NCBI GenBank assembly: GCA_965207445.1
Contig: CBDBLX010000002.1
Span: forward strand, 384,001 to 448,000
Direction of reading: 5' to 3'
Source of the DNA: Nitrosopumilus sp.
GTDB taxonomy: Archaea; Thermoproteota; Nitrososphaeria; Nitrososphaerales; Nitrosopumilaceae
DNA: 64,000 nucleotides
This document shows positions 9,906 through 22,755 of this stretch, piece after piece; within the stretch, counting starts at the first letter, position 1; each line of letters opens with the position of its first letter. The notes beneath the pieces were generated by a model that was not told the origin of the DNA, ran no database searches, and saw only the letters and a list, made by a program, of their open reading frames with translations. The translations under genes and the position numbers were made by a program.

Positions 9906-11480
9906 GTGGTTTTTTCAATGAATTCTAGAAACCACAAGTATGCTCTATTACTTGTGGCCGCAGTAACCATTACGGCAACAGGCGCAATGTCGCAAGCATA
10001 TGCGCAGAGTGTCAATGATGGTATGGACGGATATGTAAAGGGGACCAGTGGCATTTACACTGGCAACCCTGCCGAATGTTGGTATGATGATGGTGAAGGA
10101 GGTATGCTGCCTTGTCTCATAGATACAGGAGACACCGCATGGATGCTTACTGCAACCTCTATGGTACTCTTCATGTCACCTGGAGTCGGGTTCTTTTATG
10201 GCGGTCTTGCCAGATCAAAGAACATCGTAAACGTATTGGGCATGACCCTGATGGTTATGGGTCTGATGTCAGTACAATGGGTGCTATGGGGATACTCACT
10301 AGCATTTGGCGGAATTGATTCAGATGCAAACCTATTCATGGGTAACCTTGACTATGTAGGATTTAACATGGTCTCGGCTTGGGCACCATTAGGTGAACTT
10401 GGACCTTGTCATGATACGTGGTCTGCTGCATATCAGATGAACGAGTTCAAGGATGGTGAATATTGTAGCCAAAGCTGGCCTGGTACTGTTCCACACCAGC
10501 TCTTTGCAATGTTCCAAGCAACCTTTGCAATTATCACACCAGTTTTGATTATTGGTGGTCTGATTGACAGAATCAAGTTCAGCGCACTTGTCATATTCGT
10601 ACTTCTCTGGGGTACTTTCGTATATGACCCAATTGCACACTGGGTCTGGGGCGGAGGATACATCGGAGGTGGATCACTAGACATTGATCCAGAACTATCT
10701 CCATCGTATGCACTTGACTTTGCTGGTGGTACTGTTGTACACATCTCTTCAGGATTCGCTGCATTGGCAGGAGCCATAATTCTTGGTAGACGCCTTGGAT
10801 ATGGCAAGGTACCAATGGAACCACACAACATCCCATTCATTGTATTGGGTGCAGGAATTTTGTGGTTTGGTTGGTTTGGCTTTAACGCAGGAAGTGAAGT
10901 GATGGTAGATGGTATCACTGTAAGCGCATGGACCGTAACTAATACTGCAACAGGTATGGCAGCTGTTACTTGGGTGCTCTTGTCATGGGCACATACAGGA
11001 AAGCCAAGTATAGTTGGCGCCGCATCTGGTGTTGTAGCAGGATTGGTAGCAATTACTCCAGCCTCTGGTTGGGTAGGTCCGATGGCCGCTATCATAATTG
11101 GTATTGCTGCGGGTACGATTTGTTATGCAAGTATTGCATTCAAGAATGCACGTAAATGGGATGATGCCCTTGATGTATGGGGAGTACATGGAATGGGTGG
11201 TCTTACAGGTGCAATCTTGACAGGCACACTGGCAAGTCCCCACGTATGGGATACCGGCGACGGTATAGGTGCGTGGACCGGTACAGCAGAAGGAATGGAA
11301 CAGCAGGCAATTAGTATAATTGCAGCTGCAATGTCCATTGCATATGCATTTGGTGTGACAGTAGTCATACTAAAGGTCATGGATGCTGTATGGCCAGGCG
11401 GAATCAGGGTCACTCCCAAAGAGGAAGAGATCGGTCTTGATCTGGCTCAACACGGAGAAAGAGCATACATAAACGAGTAA
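9906..11480 (+). CDS. amt: Ammonium transporter (Amt)
   Basis: DTAWML, FQATFA, DFAGGTVVH, WFGWFGFNAGS, DDALDVWGVHG; both pore His residues present. Confidence 0.97.
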   Translation: MVFSMNSRNHKYALLLVAAVTITATGAMSQAYAQSVNDGMDGYVKGTSGIYTGNPAECWYDDGEGGMLPCLIDTGDTAWMLTATSMVLFMSPGVGFFYGGLARSKNIVNVLGMTLMVMGLMSVQWVLWGYSLAFGGIDSDANLFMGNLDYVGFNMVSAWAPLGELGPCHDTWSAAYQMNEFKDGEYCSQSWPGTVPHQLFAMFQATFAIITPVLIIGGLIDRIKFSALVIFVLLWGTFVYDPIAHWVWGGGYIGGGSLDIDPELSPSYALDFAGGTVVHISSGFAALAGAIILGRRLGYGKVPMEPHNIPFIVLGAGILWFGWFGFNAGSEVMVDGITVSAWTVTNTATGMAAVTWVLLSWAHTGKPSIVGAASGVVAGLVAITPASGWVGPMAAIIIGIAAGTICYASIAFKNARKWDDALDVWGVHGMGGLTGAILTGTLASPHVWDTGDGIGAWTGTAEGMEQQAISIIAAAMSIAYAFGVTVVILKVMDAVWPGGIRVTPKEEEIGLDLAQHGERAYINE

Positions 11481-11686
11481 TAGTAGAGGTTTACCTCTTA
11501 TCTCCTCTTTTTATTATATTTTTTAAATTACAATTTATGCGCTGAATATTTTTTTATATTGGTCGTTGAATTACTCTGTCTAATATTACATAAAATAATG
11601 ACTGATATTTATGCATAAAATAATTTACAAATAACTAAAACCACTTTTTTTCATCTAGTAGATTACTGACAAACAAATTATTATTA

Positions 11687-12541
11687 TTGCCAATTTTTAT
11701 CTCTATTTTTGTGCATAGTCATAATAATGTGATATCAACTACACAACTTGATGATATAATTTCAGATGATCCTGACTCTGTGACCATACTAGATGCACGT
11801 AACTTTTCTGATTATTCCAAGGGACATATTCCTAGTGCGATCAACTTGGACCTATTTGCATTTCACTGGAACGATACCACACAAGAGGGCATACATAATT
11901 TTCAACAACAGGCAACTAAACTATTCTCATTTGCAGGCTGCACCAAAAATAAAACCATTATAATTTATGATGACAAATCCGGCATGCTTGCCGCACGTGG
12001 TGTTTGGATGCTTTTGTATATGTCGTATTATAATGTGTACATGCTAGATGGTGGTTTTACACAGTGGTGCAAAGAATCACGTCGTAGTGATGTTGCAATG
12101 TACGAGTTTGAACCCACAAATGTTTATCCTGATTTTGATTCTAGTGTAATTGTTGGTTATGAATATGTACTGAACAATTTGAACAAACTTGTAATAATTG
12201 ATGCACGTTCTGTTAATGAGTATAATGGTACTGTAATTCGTGCAGCACGTGGTGGACACATACCTGGTGCCATAAATATAGAGTGGAGTCAAAACATCGA
12301 TGACGATACTGGTATGTTCAAGAACAATAAACAGTTGGCTGAATTGTACAAGGATATATCTCGTGACTCTGAGATAGTGACGTACTGTCAAGGTGCGTAT
12401 CGTGCTGCAAACTCTTTTTTAGCACTCAAAAAGGCAGGATTCAAGAATGTTAGGGTTTATCTTGGTTCGTGGGGTGAGTGGGGGAATTTATCAAATGTGC
12501 CTGTAGAGCGCAACTTTAAGTCTAATAATAATAATATGTGA
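11687..12541 (+). CDS. Tandem-domain rhodanese / sulfurtransferase
   Basis: GHIPSA, GHIPGA, active-site YCQGAYRA, YLGSWGEW. The start is probably slightly later. Confidence 0.92.
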   Translation: MPIFISIFVHSHNNVISTTQLDDIISDDPDSVTILDARNFSDYSKGHIPSAINLDLFAFHWNDTTQEGIHNFQQQATKLFSFAGCTKNKTIIIYDDKSGMLAARGVWMLLYMSYYNVYMLDGGFTQWCKESRRSDVAMYEFEPTNVYPDFDSSVIVGYEYVLNNLNKLVIIDARSVNEYNGTVIRAARGGHIPGAINIEWSQNIDDDTGMFKNNKQLAELYKDISRDSEIVTYCQGAYRAANSFLALKKAGFKNVRVYLGSWGEWGNLSNVPVERNFKSNNNNM

Positions 12542-12928
12542 AAATCACATCCAATATTAATTTAATATATGTATATGAACATATGATTGGATTTACTTTT
12601 TAGAATAAATCTGGCAAGCTGATAAACGTTACAGTTTTGATCAAACTAAATATACTTGGCAAAATTTTGGCAACGCATTGATATCAAATAAAATTCAAAA
12701 GATTATGGTTTGCCTAAATTTCAATAACAAAAGAGTTGGATTAAAAAATATTAATAATAATAATAATTATTTTTTTAATTTATAGTGTGTTGTATAATTT
12801 TTTGATCATCTAAAATAGAATCATATATAGCGTGTGTGTGCGGTAGGTTTGTAGTAGATGTACAGAGATGCATGGCATCTCAGTTAACTGATTATTGTTT
12901 GACTCGTGATAATTCTGATGAAACATTC

Positions 12929-13244
12929 GTGTAAACCAACCTACTTTGGCATAATAATAAGATCATACATCTTTAAGATTTATTATCCGACGACGGACCA
13001 ATAATTTTACACAATTCATTTTAGACATTTAGTCCATGTAGCTTCCACGTCTCAACACAACTAAACATCATACAGAGATTTTCTGCCCCTTGTCACTTTA
13101 ACTGTAGATGACTGTTCCTCTGATCTAATAGGTTTCATTGACTATTCTACAAGATTTGTGGTATAGTTGATAAATGGATACAAAACAAATGTAAAAAGTT
13201 CGGGCGCTGTATTTTCTAGTGTGGCGCCAAACTTTTTTTCACAC
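12929..13244. mobile_element. Internally deleted family C element carrying an IS66-like transposase 3' remnant
   Basis: Homologous to 31915-32230; ends gtgtaaaccaac ... ttcacac. Confidence 0.75.
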
Positions 13245-13288
13245 AATACATCTGTACGTTTTTATAATATGTTGGGAATGACAGATGT

Positions 13289-15291
13289 ATGGTAATTTCA
13301 CTAATTAGGCAGTTGCGCGTCAAGCAGAGTTCTATTTTCTCTCAATCCTCCATCATCCCCCCTCCCCCCCCCCCCACATCCACAACCATTCTAACGCGCA
13401 ACGCCATATTTTTACAGCAATTTTACTTGCCGGAATTATTATCACACTAGTCGCAGCCGTTCCGGTGGCTGACTGGGCCGACGCTGCTCACAATACTAAT
13501 GTAATTCCGCCACCCCCGGCCGACCTCAACAGGGCGGCCGTCACGTTCAACTCGCCCTCGGGCGGTGGCACCCTGATAGGGACCGTGACGCTCGAGCGCA
13601 ATGCCGCCGAGCGGATGGAGTTCGCGGCCGAGATACGCGAGTGTGTGGTGGACCTGGGCAACGTCGGCAATATCCCACTCCGGTCGGCCAACATGTGCGG
13701 CAGCGACGCGCACGCCAGCCTGGACCCCAACGACACGGGGCGCGACTTTTCGCGCAACGTAATCTGGACGGACTCCACCAAGAGCACCATATCATACTAC
13801 TATATCCCGACATACAGGACGATAACCATAGAGAAGGGCCAACAGACCGCCGATGTCACGTGGCAGACGCACAACGACGGCACGTCGAACGCGCAGTCGT
13901 TTACTGTGGCGGTCCAGCCCCTCACCGGGGGCTCCGTGTACGGACACCACTGGGTGGATCCGTACAGGCCGTCGACAGGGACGTTCATGTCCCAGCACCA
14001 CTGGAAGGCTCAGATAAACGGCCCCCAGCCGGAGCTGATAATGGTGGCAGGCGGCCCCACCATCGTTACGGAGGGCACAGTACTGCGCGTATTGGTGTTC
14101 GCCACCCCATCGGCGAACCCGGAGCTTAGGTTCAACTACCACATATCCGACCCCCGTAGTGACACAAACCCCGACGGCTTTATTCCCAACACCGCTGAGG
14201 GCGACAAGCACAATAACATCGCCGCTCGATTCAACTTAATGGTCCCGACCGATAACGACAACACCGACGAGCGCGACGGCATCATCACGGTATCGCTACG
14301 CTCCGGCTCCGGCTACACCGTGGGCACGCCTAACACCGTCTCATTCACGGTGCGGGACAACGACCCAGGCCCGCTTGACGGCACCGGCAACAGTCCCCCG
14401 CCCCCGACTACAGTCTCAATTGGGCTGGCAGGCGGCGGCTCGGAGGGCGACCCCGTCTCATTCAGCATCGGCGCAACCCCCGCCCCTCTGCAGTCACCTT
14501 TGCCGGTCAACGTCACCCTTTCGGGCGCCGGCGGGATTCTGAACGCCTCCGACGCGGGCTGGCGCATCGTGGAGATTCCACCGATCGGCTCGTATACGCT
14601 GGAGGTCCCGACCATAGACGACGGCGTCATAGACGTCAACAATGTTACGCTCACGATAAACCCCGGAGCCGACTACACGCCGGGCCAATTTGCAAGCTGG
14701 ACTGTGGACGTCCAGGACGCCGGGACGACGTCAAGTCTGATGCAGCCGCCCGTGTACAACAAGCTCACCCAGGCGCAGAATCTGACGGCAGTCGCCATAG
14801 ACCCGGCGCTGGTCGCCAACGTGACCGCGATGGCCAACCAGACGCAGCACGGCGCAGATCACGTGGACAGATGGAACCGCGTTCTAGCTGCCTTTGGCGA
14901 GATTGACCACTCAAACCCGATGACCGCAGCAGAGGCGCAAACCAATGCAGAAAAGTACAGCAGCCCGCTGTGGTCGCAGATTGCAGACGTGCTGACATTA
15001 CTAGAGGCGGCAGCAGCAGAACAGGACGGGCCGCAGACGCCGCCGGACGTACCGACCGAGCCGGACGCGCCGCCCGCCGTCGACCCGGAACTCGTCTCCA
15101 AGGTAAGGGCGCAGGCGGCCCAGACGCAGCACGGCGACGCGCACGTGGACAGATGGAACCGCGTTCTAGCTGCCTTTGGCGAGATTGACCACTCAAACCC
15201 GATGACCGCAGCAGAGGCGCAAACCAATGCAGAAAAGTACAGCAGCCCGCTGTGGCCCCTGATAGCCGACGCGCTGGCGGCGCGCGAATAG
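13289..15291 (+). CDS. Secreted/surface protein with Calx-beta-like repeats and C-terminal HVDRWNRVLAAFG repeats; currently out of frame at a poly-C tract
   Basis: TATA at ~13259-13267 and ATG 13289; C6TC12 tract 13357-13375; signal peptide IFTAILLAGIIITLVAAVP is in frame with ORF 13465-15291; Calx-beta-like DGIITVSLRSGSGYTVGTPNTVSFTVRDND. Confidence 0.7.
14839..15255 (+). repeat. Two near-identical 135-bp coding repeats (14839-14973, 15121-15255)
   Basis: Both encode QTQHGxxHVDRWNRVLAAFGEIDHSNPMTAAEAQTNAEKYSSPLW. Confidence 0.95.
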
Positions 15292-15497
15292 CAGACATAC
15301 GCTCTTATGCAGCAGAGAAATACCACGGACAAGAAAACATTGACCGTTGGCACCGTGTACTAGAGGCCTTTGGAGTAGAATCCTTTGACAATCTAGAACC
15401 AACGACTGCAACAGAATCTCAGACATATGCTGACCGAGGATGGGGCCGTTGGATTCCAGTGGTAGTAGCACTTGAAAAGATAGCGTCCGTTGACTAG
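15288..15497 (+). pseudogene. Orphan third repeat unit, out of frame and AT-richer
   Basis: IADIRSYAAEKYHGQENIDRWHRVLEAFG...TATESQTYADRGWGRW is homologous to the preceding repeats. Confidence 0.75.
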
Positions 15498-16434
15498 ATA
15501 ACAGTAATGATAACCGTAATGATCACAGTTCAATACTATTACATTTTTTGGTAACACGCCGCGTTTTTGAAGTGACTTTGATGGTCACATGGTGTACTTG
15601 GAGGCACGCATGAATGGGGGCTAAAGACAAGGGACGGAGGGTGTACGTTGACATTAGGTGCGGGTTGTAAGTTATGGCGACGAGCACAAGTCATACACAT
15701 CAATTTTACACGATTTTATGCCTGAAAAGATCATATGTAAAAATATTGTATTTTGAAAACGTTACATCTGTTTTTAATATGAATAGAAATGTTTCAGATG
15801 TGCATTGTAATAAGTGCAGTATGCCCAAAGGTGTAATGCGTCCAATTGTCAGATTGGAAGGTGAACTGAGTTCTAAAGCAAAGGAATACAACATGATCAT
15901 CTCGATAACAGCAACAACATCAGCAACAACATCCGCATCCGCAACAACAACAAAAAAAAGAAAAAGATAAACTAGCAGTATGAAATTACATTATCACCCA
16001 TGTACATCTTCTCTCAACATGGTTATCACTATGTATAAGCACACATCATAGATATCCATATCAATCTTGAATTTTATTCCATTCTATGGTGTATGATTGG
16101 GCATATTGCAACATACTGCCATAATTTTGAACATAAAAATAATCATATTATGATTTCCTGTAATGTTTTTACAATTGGACTTTGCCACATGTGATTATTT
16201 CAGGCACAAAATCACAAAAATCCACTGCACAGAAACTTATGCCTATCATTATACGTGCAACAGGGCAATGGATGCCGTCAACTCATCTCTAAATTCATAT
16301 ATGGATTCACCGTCTATTATCTGGCGCAGACACAGGGGTTGAATAGTTGCAGCAATAAAGTGTTTATCTTTACAAGGCCCCATTGGTAAAGTGTAGATTA
16401 AAAAATTAGATTGACAAATTATTATGCAACACAT

Positions 16435-16543
16435 AGTAGTTTCATTAAAGATCCGATGGTTTTCTAATATTTTGTATTCATAATACATGCTCAACTTCGA
16501 GATGAATATCAATCAAAATATCGGATCTTTAATCATATCAGTA
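16435..16543 (-). mobile_element. 109-bp MITE family A, copy 2
   Basis: Reverse complement of copy 1; flanks cacat/cacac. Confidence 0.9.
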
Positions 16544-16550
16544 CACACTA

Positions 16551-18671
16551 CTAGTTTGACTTTTTCCACACAAATTGGTTGTATATCATCTCTGGTCTGA
16601 GCTGTCTGAATTCGTGACCTCCGCCATCATACCATTTGGTAAAGAATTCGTACAGATGTAATCTAAGTGACTGTATGTATACGATCAACCCCTCGATCAT
16701 CATTATGCCTATATTTCCACCTATTATCATAGCCCATGCACCTATTGACTCTGCACCACCAAGTGAGTAAAACGCATTATTCACCGTAAGTAATAGCGCA
16801 GCATGCACTAGCAACATAATTCCTATACGCGCATAACTGATTGTATGCGCTAGACTCTCTACTGTCTTTCCTAAAAATACTTCCATTATGACATTAGCAG
16901 CAGAGCCACCTTCTTCTGGATGTTTCTTTGCATGCAATATACCACCTATCATCATTATTGTCATGGATGCAATTACAGTCACGACTGCTATTCTAGTTAC
17001 GATCCAGACCTGTGCCCACTCACCTAGAAATATAGTAACCCACGGTACGGGCTCTGTATGTGTTCTAGAGTACATGTTCATTACATCGTACTGTGAGCCA
17101 ATTGCACACATCATTATCACAACAATTCCGCCATACAAAGTAATGTTTGGTAGTGCTTCCATGTATAACGCAATCTTTTTTCCTTCACGTGCAAGTTTCT
17201 TGATGCGCAGGATCATTGCCCACAACAGATGAACTATCCCTATGAACAAAGACACCTTGAGTATATCAATTACCTGCTCAAATGTTAATTCTGCTACTGA
17301 TATAACACCTACAATCCAACTGACCGGATACAATATGCCACCTTCTGCTAGCATGCCTGATAACGGTGCCATTACTGCAATGTGATGTCCGAACACCTCA
17401 CCTGTCCCAACACCTGCAATTGCTGATGCCGCCCCTGATATGGCAAGCAACATGCCCCATCTTGTTAGGTTACCTTGCCCTTTCATCTTAAATAAGAGTC
17501 CCATTCCCATCAATAGCAGACCGTGTCCAAGATCTGCGAACATGATCCCATAAAATATAGGCCACATTAATGCAATCATCGGGGTAGGATCTGCCTCACC
17601 CTTTTTTGGAATTCCTTGACTGTTTGTAATGGTCTCAAATGTCCTTATAAATCTCTTATTATCATATAATGTCGGTGCATCTTTGAGTAGTTTTGCATCT
17701 GTTATATCCTCTACAATTGCTGTCCATCTGTCTGCAATCTTTTTGAACTTTGACTCCATCTTGGCAGGTATATAGCCCTGAATAAGTGCAAAATGTTTTG
17801 TGCCAGCAGGCTTTCTGAGCGTCTCTAGCATATCTTTTGCAACCTTTGCCTCCTCATGTAGCGCTAGTATGTCTCTCCTTGATTCTTTTACAATCTTGGC
17901 AATTGCCTTTGAATTTACTTTTTGTTTTTCTGTAATCTCTTTGATCTTAGATTCAGTCAATGCATATGCTTTTGATGGTATTTGCGGCATTCCTTCTGGG
18001 ATGGTAAATGGATTTGAATTAAAACTACGAAATGTCTTGAGTATGGTTTCAGTGTCATTTGTGCTACCAAATACCAGCACTGCTGCTGCCTTTTCTTTTT
18101 TACCACCCGATGCTAACTCGTATCTATACAGTGTAGTTGCAGTACCATCAAGTGATCTTGATATCTCTTCATAGTCTGCTGAATTAATCACAAAGAGGTT
18201 TGTGTAAAAGTACTTCATCATTCCGAATCCTGACAGATCAATGTCAAGATTTTTTGCAACTTCAATGGTGTCTTTTAGTGTTGTATACTCGTCTAGTGCG
18301 CGCTTTGTATCTACTTGCTCTTCTAATAGGCGCGCCGCATATGCTATCTTGTTTGGTGCCTCTTCTTTGAGGTGGCTTACCATCTGTTCAATCTCGTCTA
18401 ACTCGTAATCTTTCTTTTTTATGACGGTTCCCTTGAAGAGTATCTCAAGCATACCTACTGTGAGTGGTATACCTAGACCCTTTACAATATCATCTATTGA
18501 TTGGTATGTCTTTTGAGCATCTAATAACAAGTCGTCTATCTCTGGTGTTACGACATCGTACTCACTGTTGATTTTGTGAAACCACTCAAATTCGGCAAGA
18601 CGTGATATGGCCGCTGGAGATTCACTCCTTGGCAGTATTACGCTTCCTAGCTTTAACTCTGCTAGCCCCAA
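16551..18671 (-). CDS. atpI: A/V-type ATP synthase subunit I (a)
   Basis: DPTP, GIMFADLGHG, HTISYARI, IQSLRLHLYEFFTKWY. Confidence 0.95.
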   Translation of the reverse strand: MGLAELKLGSVILPRSESPAAISRLAEFEWFHKINSEYDVVTPEIDDLLLDAQKTYQSIDDIVKGLGIPLTVGMLEILFKGTVIKKKDYELDEIEQMVSHLKEEAPNKIAYAARLLEEQVDTKRALDEYTTLKDTIEVAKNLDIDLSGFGMMKYFYTNLFVINSADYEEISRSLDGTATTLYRYELASGGKKEKAAAVLVFGSTNDTETILKTFRSFNSNPFTIPEGMPQIPSKAYALTESKIKEITEKQKVNSKAIAKIVKESRRDILALHEEAKVAKDMLETLRKPAGTKHFALIQGYIPAKMESKFKKIADRWTAIVEDITDAKLLKDAPTLYDNKRFIRTFETITNSQGIPKKGEADPTPMIALMWPIFYGIMFADLGHGLLLMGMGLLFKMKGQGNLTRWGMLLAISGAASAIAGVGTGEVFGHHIAVMAPLSGMLAEGGILYPVSWIVGVISVAELTFEQVIDILKVSLFIGIVHLLWAMILRIKKLAREGKKIALYMEALPNITLYGGIVVIMMCAIGSQYDVMNMYSRTHTEPVPWVTIFLGEWAQVWIVTRIAVVTVIASMTIMMIGGILHAKKHPEEGGSAANVIMEVFLGKTVESLAHTISYARIGIMLLVHAALLLTVNNAFYSLGGAESIGAWAMIIGGNIGIMMIEGLIVYIQSLRLHLYEFFTKWYDGGGHEFRQLRPEMIYNQFVWKKSN

Positions 18672-18926
18672 GATGAATAAACCGCAAACTATTGCGTTTT
18701 AATACCTTTCCAAGTGATTTTTTTGGGCTATAATTTGCGCAATTATCCGTATTTGTTCAAATTAAAATATTTACTAGTGTGCAAGTCTCAAGTCATATGT
18801 ATTGTTCATCTTTATCTCATCTCATATCTCATCTCATATCTCATCTCATTTTCCATTCGCCCTTTACAACCCCCTACGTAAAACAACTCCAAAACATTAA
18901 AATCTATTACCTCAAGACGCCAAATA

Positions 18927-19559
18927 TTGACTAATACCACAACAACAACTACTGTTGGTAGCGGATCACAACTAGAACAGACAGTTGACAAGATACTTGC
19001 ACAGACTCAAAATGAGATCACCGCCAACATTGACTCTGCACTAAAAGAGGCACACCAATCACTTGATCAAACAATTCCAATTTTAGAGCAAGAGTATGAA
19101 AAGATCATATCTGATGCACACAAAGAGGCAGACAAGATAAAAAGACAGATCGTCGGAGCCGCTGACCTCAATAGACGCAACAATCAACTACTTACCCTAG
19201 AGGATGCCGTTGACCGTGTATTTACACAGGCACTAGATCAAATTGCATCAAAAGATCGCACTAGTCCTGAATATTCTAATTTACTAAAATCACTCCTTGC
19301 AGAGTCCACTACAATATTGGGCTCTCAAGATGTTGTTGTATTTACTAGCACACAAGATAGAGATGCTGTTGCATCTGTAATAGAGTCTGATTACCCTAAT
19401 GCACAGTTATCATCTGATGCAATTGATTGTTTGGGCGGTGTACGTATACAATCAAAAGACGGCGCCATGACATTTGACAATACACTTGATGCAAAGATTG
19501 AGCGTATGAAGCCTTTAATTAGGAAGGAAACCGCATCGAAATTCGGAGCAGGTAATTAA
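18927..19559 (+). CDS. atpE: A/V-type ATP synthase subunit E
   Basis: Coiled coil plus [12 protein letters not shown]...FDNTLD; directly upstream of atpA. Confidence 0.9.
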   Translation: MTNTTTTTTVGSGSQLEQTVDKILAQTQNEITANIDSALKEAHQSLDQTIPILEQEYEKIISDAHKEADKIKRQIVGAADLNRRNNQLLTLEDAVDRVFTQALDQIASKDRTSPEYSNLLKSLLAESTTILGSQDVVVFTSTQDRDAVASVIESDYPNAQLSSDAIDCLGGVRIQSKDGAMTFDNTLDAKIERMKPLIRKETASKFGAGN

Positions 19560-19560
19560 G

Positions 19561-21342
19561 ATGGTAGTAGCACAAGGTAGAATTGTATGGGTAAGCGGTC
19601 CTGCTGTTAGAGCAGACGGAATGTCAGATGCCAAGATGTATGAGACCGTAGTTGTAGGTGACTCAAAGTTAGTAGGTGAGGTGATCAGACTCACAGGTGA
19701 TGTTGCATTTATTCAGGTTTACGAATCTACAAGTGGCTTAAAGCCAGGTGAGCCTGTAATTGGTACGGGTAATCCTCTAAGTGTGTTGCTTGGTCCTGGA
19801 ATTATCGGACAGTTATATGATGGTATTCAAAGACCCCTGAGAGAACTCTCAAAAATATCTGGTTCTTTTATTGGACGTGGTATAACGACCTCGCCTATTG
19901 ATATGGCCAAAAAGTACCACTTTACTCCAAGTGTAAATGCCGGTGATCAGATAGAGGCAGGTAGTGTGGTTGGTATGGTTCAAGAGACAGATTTAATTGA
20001 TCATCCAATAATGGTTCCACCTGATCATCCTGGTGGCACGATTGCAAGTATAGTTGATGAGGGAGATTATGATCTAGATAATGAAATCGTAACCTTGTCA
20101 TCTGATGATGTGGCACCAATAAAGATGTGTCACAAGTGGCCTGTAAGAAAACCTCGTCCTTATAAGAATAGATATGATCCTACTGTTCCTCTCTTGACAG
20201 GACAGCGTGTAATTGATACATTCTTTCCTATTGCAAAGGGTGGTACTGGTTCAATACCTGGCGCATTTGGAACTGGTAAGACCGTAACGTTACACCAGAT
20301 AGCAAAATGGGCAGATTCACAAGTAGTTGTGTATATTGGATGCGGTGAGCGCGGAAACGAGATGACTGAAGTGCTAGTAGAATTCCCACACTTGACTGAC
20401 CCGCGAAGTGGCAAGCCATTGATGGACAGGACTGTATTGGTAGCCAATACAAGTAATATGCCAGTAGCAGCTAGAGAGGCGAGTATATACACTGGAGTTA
20501 CGATAGCCGAGTATTACAGAGATATGGGCAAGGATGTAGTATTGGTAGCAGACTCGACTAGTAGATGGGCCGAGGCTCTCAGGGAGATGAGTGGTAGACT
20601 AGAAGAGATGCCTGCAGAAGAAGGTTATCCGTCATATTTGGCATCACGTTTGGCAGAGTTTTATGAACGTGCAGGACGTGTCAGGGCTACTGGTAGTCCT
20701 GATAGGGATGGTTCTGTGACACTTGTAGGTGCAGTATCGCCATCAGGTGGAGACTTTACAGAACCAGTCACTACACATACAATGCGTTTCATAAAGACAT
20801 TTTGGGCACTTGATGCCAAACTTGCATACTCTCGACACTATCCTTCAATTAATTGGATGAACAGTTATTCTGGTTATTTGGCAGATATTGCACAGTGGTG
20901 GGGTGATAATATTAAAGAAGATTGGCTTGATTTGCGCTCAGAGGCATATGGTGTACTACAGCGTGAGGATACACTAAAGGAGATTGTCAGATTGTTGGGA
21001 CCCGAAGCCCTTCCTGATGAGGAGAAACTGATCTTGGAGGTGGCAAGAATGATCAAAATTGGACTATTACAACAAAACTCTTTTGATGATGTTGATACAT
21101 ATTGCGGTCCTGAAAAACAGTATCGATTACTCAAAATGTTAGTAGAGTTTTACAAACGCGGACAGACATCACTCAAAGAAGGCGCTAATTTGGCTGACAT
21201 TAAAACTATGTCTGTTATCCCGTCTCTACTCAAAGCTAGAATGGAGATTAAAGATGATGAGACTGACAAGCTTGATAAACTTGATGCACAAATATTAGAA
21301 CAGTTTCAGGGATTAGTAGGAGGAGGAGAAAGTAAAAATTGA
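19561..21342 (+). CDS. atpA: A/V-type ATP synthase subunit A
   Basis: [26 protein letters not shown]; no intein. Confidence 0.98.
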   Translation: MVVAQGRIVWVSGPAVRADGMSDAKMYETVVVGDSKLVGEVIRLTGDVAFIQVYESTSGLKPGEPVIGTGNPLSVLLGPGIIGQLYDGIQRPLRELSKISGSFIGRGITTSPIDMAKKYHFTPSVNAGDQIEAGSVVGMVQETDLIDHPIMVPPDHPGGTIASIVDEGDYDLDNEIVTLSSDDVAPIKMCHKWPVRKPRPYKNRYDPTVPLLTGQRVIDTFFPIAKGGTGSIPGAFGTGKTVTLHQIAKWADSQVVVYIGCGERGNEMTEVLVEFPHLTDPRSGKPLMDRTVLVANTSNMPVAAREASIYTGVTIAEYYRDMGKDVVLVADSTSRWAEALREMSGRLEEMPAEEGYPSYLASRLAEFYERAGRVRATGSPDRDGSVTLVGAVSPSGGDFTEPVTTHTMRFIKTFWALDAKLAYSRHYPSINWMNSYSGYLADIAQWWGDNIKEDWLDLRSEAYGVLQREDTLKEIVRLLGPEALPDEEKLILEVARMIKIGLLQQNSFDDVDTYCGPEKQYRLLKMLVEFYKRGQTSLKEGANLADIKTMSVIPSLLKARMEIKDDETDKLDKLDAQILEQFQGLVGGGESKN

Positions 21343-22739
21343 GTAGCACTAGTAGTAATGAAAGTGGCGGTGGTGTACAGTACAGCAAGATCGCAGAGAT
21401 CAAAGGACCTCTTGTAATTGTAGATGATGTTAGTAATGCTGCATTTGATGAACTAGTACAAATTGAGACAAATGATGGTGAAAAACGACTTGGCAAGGTA
21501 CTCGAGGTAGGAAATGGCAAGGCTATAGTTCAGGTGTTTGAAGGTACCACGGGACTCTCAGTATCTGGTACCAACGCCAAGTTTGTAGGAAAGGTAATGG
21601 AGATGCCCGTGTCGCGAGAGGTATTGGGGCGTGTATTTGATGGACTAGGACGTCCAAAGGATGGATTACCTGACCCAATTGCAGACAAGTTTATTGACAT
21701 AAATGGTGAGCCGATGAATCCTGAACAACGCGAGTACCCAAAGGACTTTATCCAGACAGGTGTCTCTGTAATTGATGGAATGATCACACTAGTAAGAGGT
21801 CAAAAACTACCGATATTCTCTGGCTCTGGTATGTCTCATAACTTGCTTGCAGCTCAAATAGCAAGGCAAGCTGCTGTAGTTGGAACTGATGATGACTTTG
21901 CTGTGGTATTTGCAGCTATTGGTGTGCAGTATAGTGAAGCCGAGTACTTTAAGCGAAGCCTCGAAGAGTCTGGTGCACTCAAGAGAAGTGTTCTATTTTT
22001 GAATCTAGCAGACGATCCGGCAATTGAGCGTATTATCACACCCCGTGTAGCGCTTACAGTAGCAGAGTATTTGGCATTTGATCTTGGTATGCATGTACTA
22101 GTCATTTTAACTGATGTGACAAATTATGCTGAAGCCCTCAGAGAGATTAGTGCTGCTCGAGAAGAGGTGCCAGGACGCAAAGGTTATCCAGGATATCTAT
22201 ACACTGACTTGTCTACCATATATGAGCGAGCAGGTAAACTCGTAGGTAAAAAGGGCAGTGTCACACAGGTACCTATTCTCTCTATGCCTTCTGATGATAT
22301 CACTCATCCGATACCTGATCTGACTGGATATATAACAGAAGGTCAAATTGTACTTGGTCGAGACTTGTTCAGACAGGGTGTATATCCTCCCGTTAACATA
22401 TTGATGAGTCTCAGCAGACTGATGAAGGATGGGATAGGAGAAGGACACACACGTGAGGACCACGGTGAGATCTCAAACCAAAATTATGATGCATATTCAC
22501 GTGCTCAAGAGGTAAGGGCTCTTGCAGGTATTGTAGGTAAGGCAGGACTAACAGAAATTGATCTAAAGTATATGGATGTGGGGGACATGTTTGAGAAAGG
22601 GTTCTTGGCACAGTCAATTGATGAGAACCGCAACATTGAGGAGACTCTATCCATACTATGGAAAGTGGTCTCACAATTGCCAAAAAATGAGATTACAAAG
22701 GTAAAGGACAAATATATCGACCAGTATTATCAAGAGTAA
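21339..22739 (+). CDS. atpB: A/V-type ATP synthase subunit B
   Basis: [41 protein letters not shown]. Confidence 0.98.
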   Translation: MSSTSSNESGGGVQYSKIAEIKGPLVIVDDVSNAAFDELVQIETNDGEKRLGKVLEVGNGKAIVQVFEGTTGLSVSGTNAKFVGKVMEMPVSREVLGRVFDGLGRPKDGLPDPIADKFIDINGEPMNPEQREYPKDFIQTGVSVIDGMITLVRGQKLPIFSGSGMSHNLLAAQIARQAAVVGTDDDFAVVFAAIGVQYSEAEYFKRSLEESGALKRSVLFLNLADDPAIERIITPRVALTVAEYLAFDLGMHVLVILTDVTNYAEALREISAAREEVPGRKGYPGYLYTDLSTIYERAGKLVGKKGSVTQVPILSMPSDDITHPIPDLTGYITEGQIVLGRDLFRQGVYPPVNILMSLSRLMKDGIGEGHTREDHGEISNQNYDAYSRAQEVRALAGIVGKAGLTEIDLKYMDVGDMFEKGFLAQSIDENRNIEETLSILWKVVSQLPKNEITKVKDKYIDQYYQE

Positions 22740-22755
22740 TGATGGTGGATAGATA

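Noticed and set aside
13447..15471. Many overlapping ORFs in the GC-rich segment
   Set aside because: Expected from stop-codon scarcity at high GC; only one frame gives coherent domains.
15674..15970. 98-aa ORF ending in a Thr/Ala tract
   Set aside because: Low-complexity tail and no recognisable domain; may be spurious.
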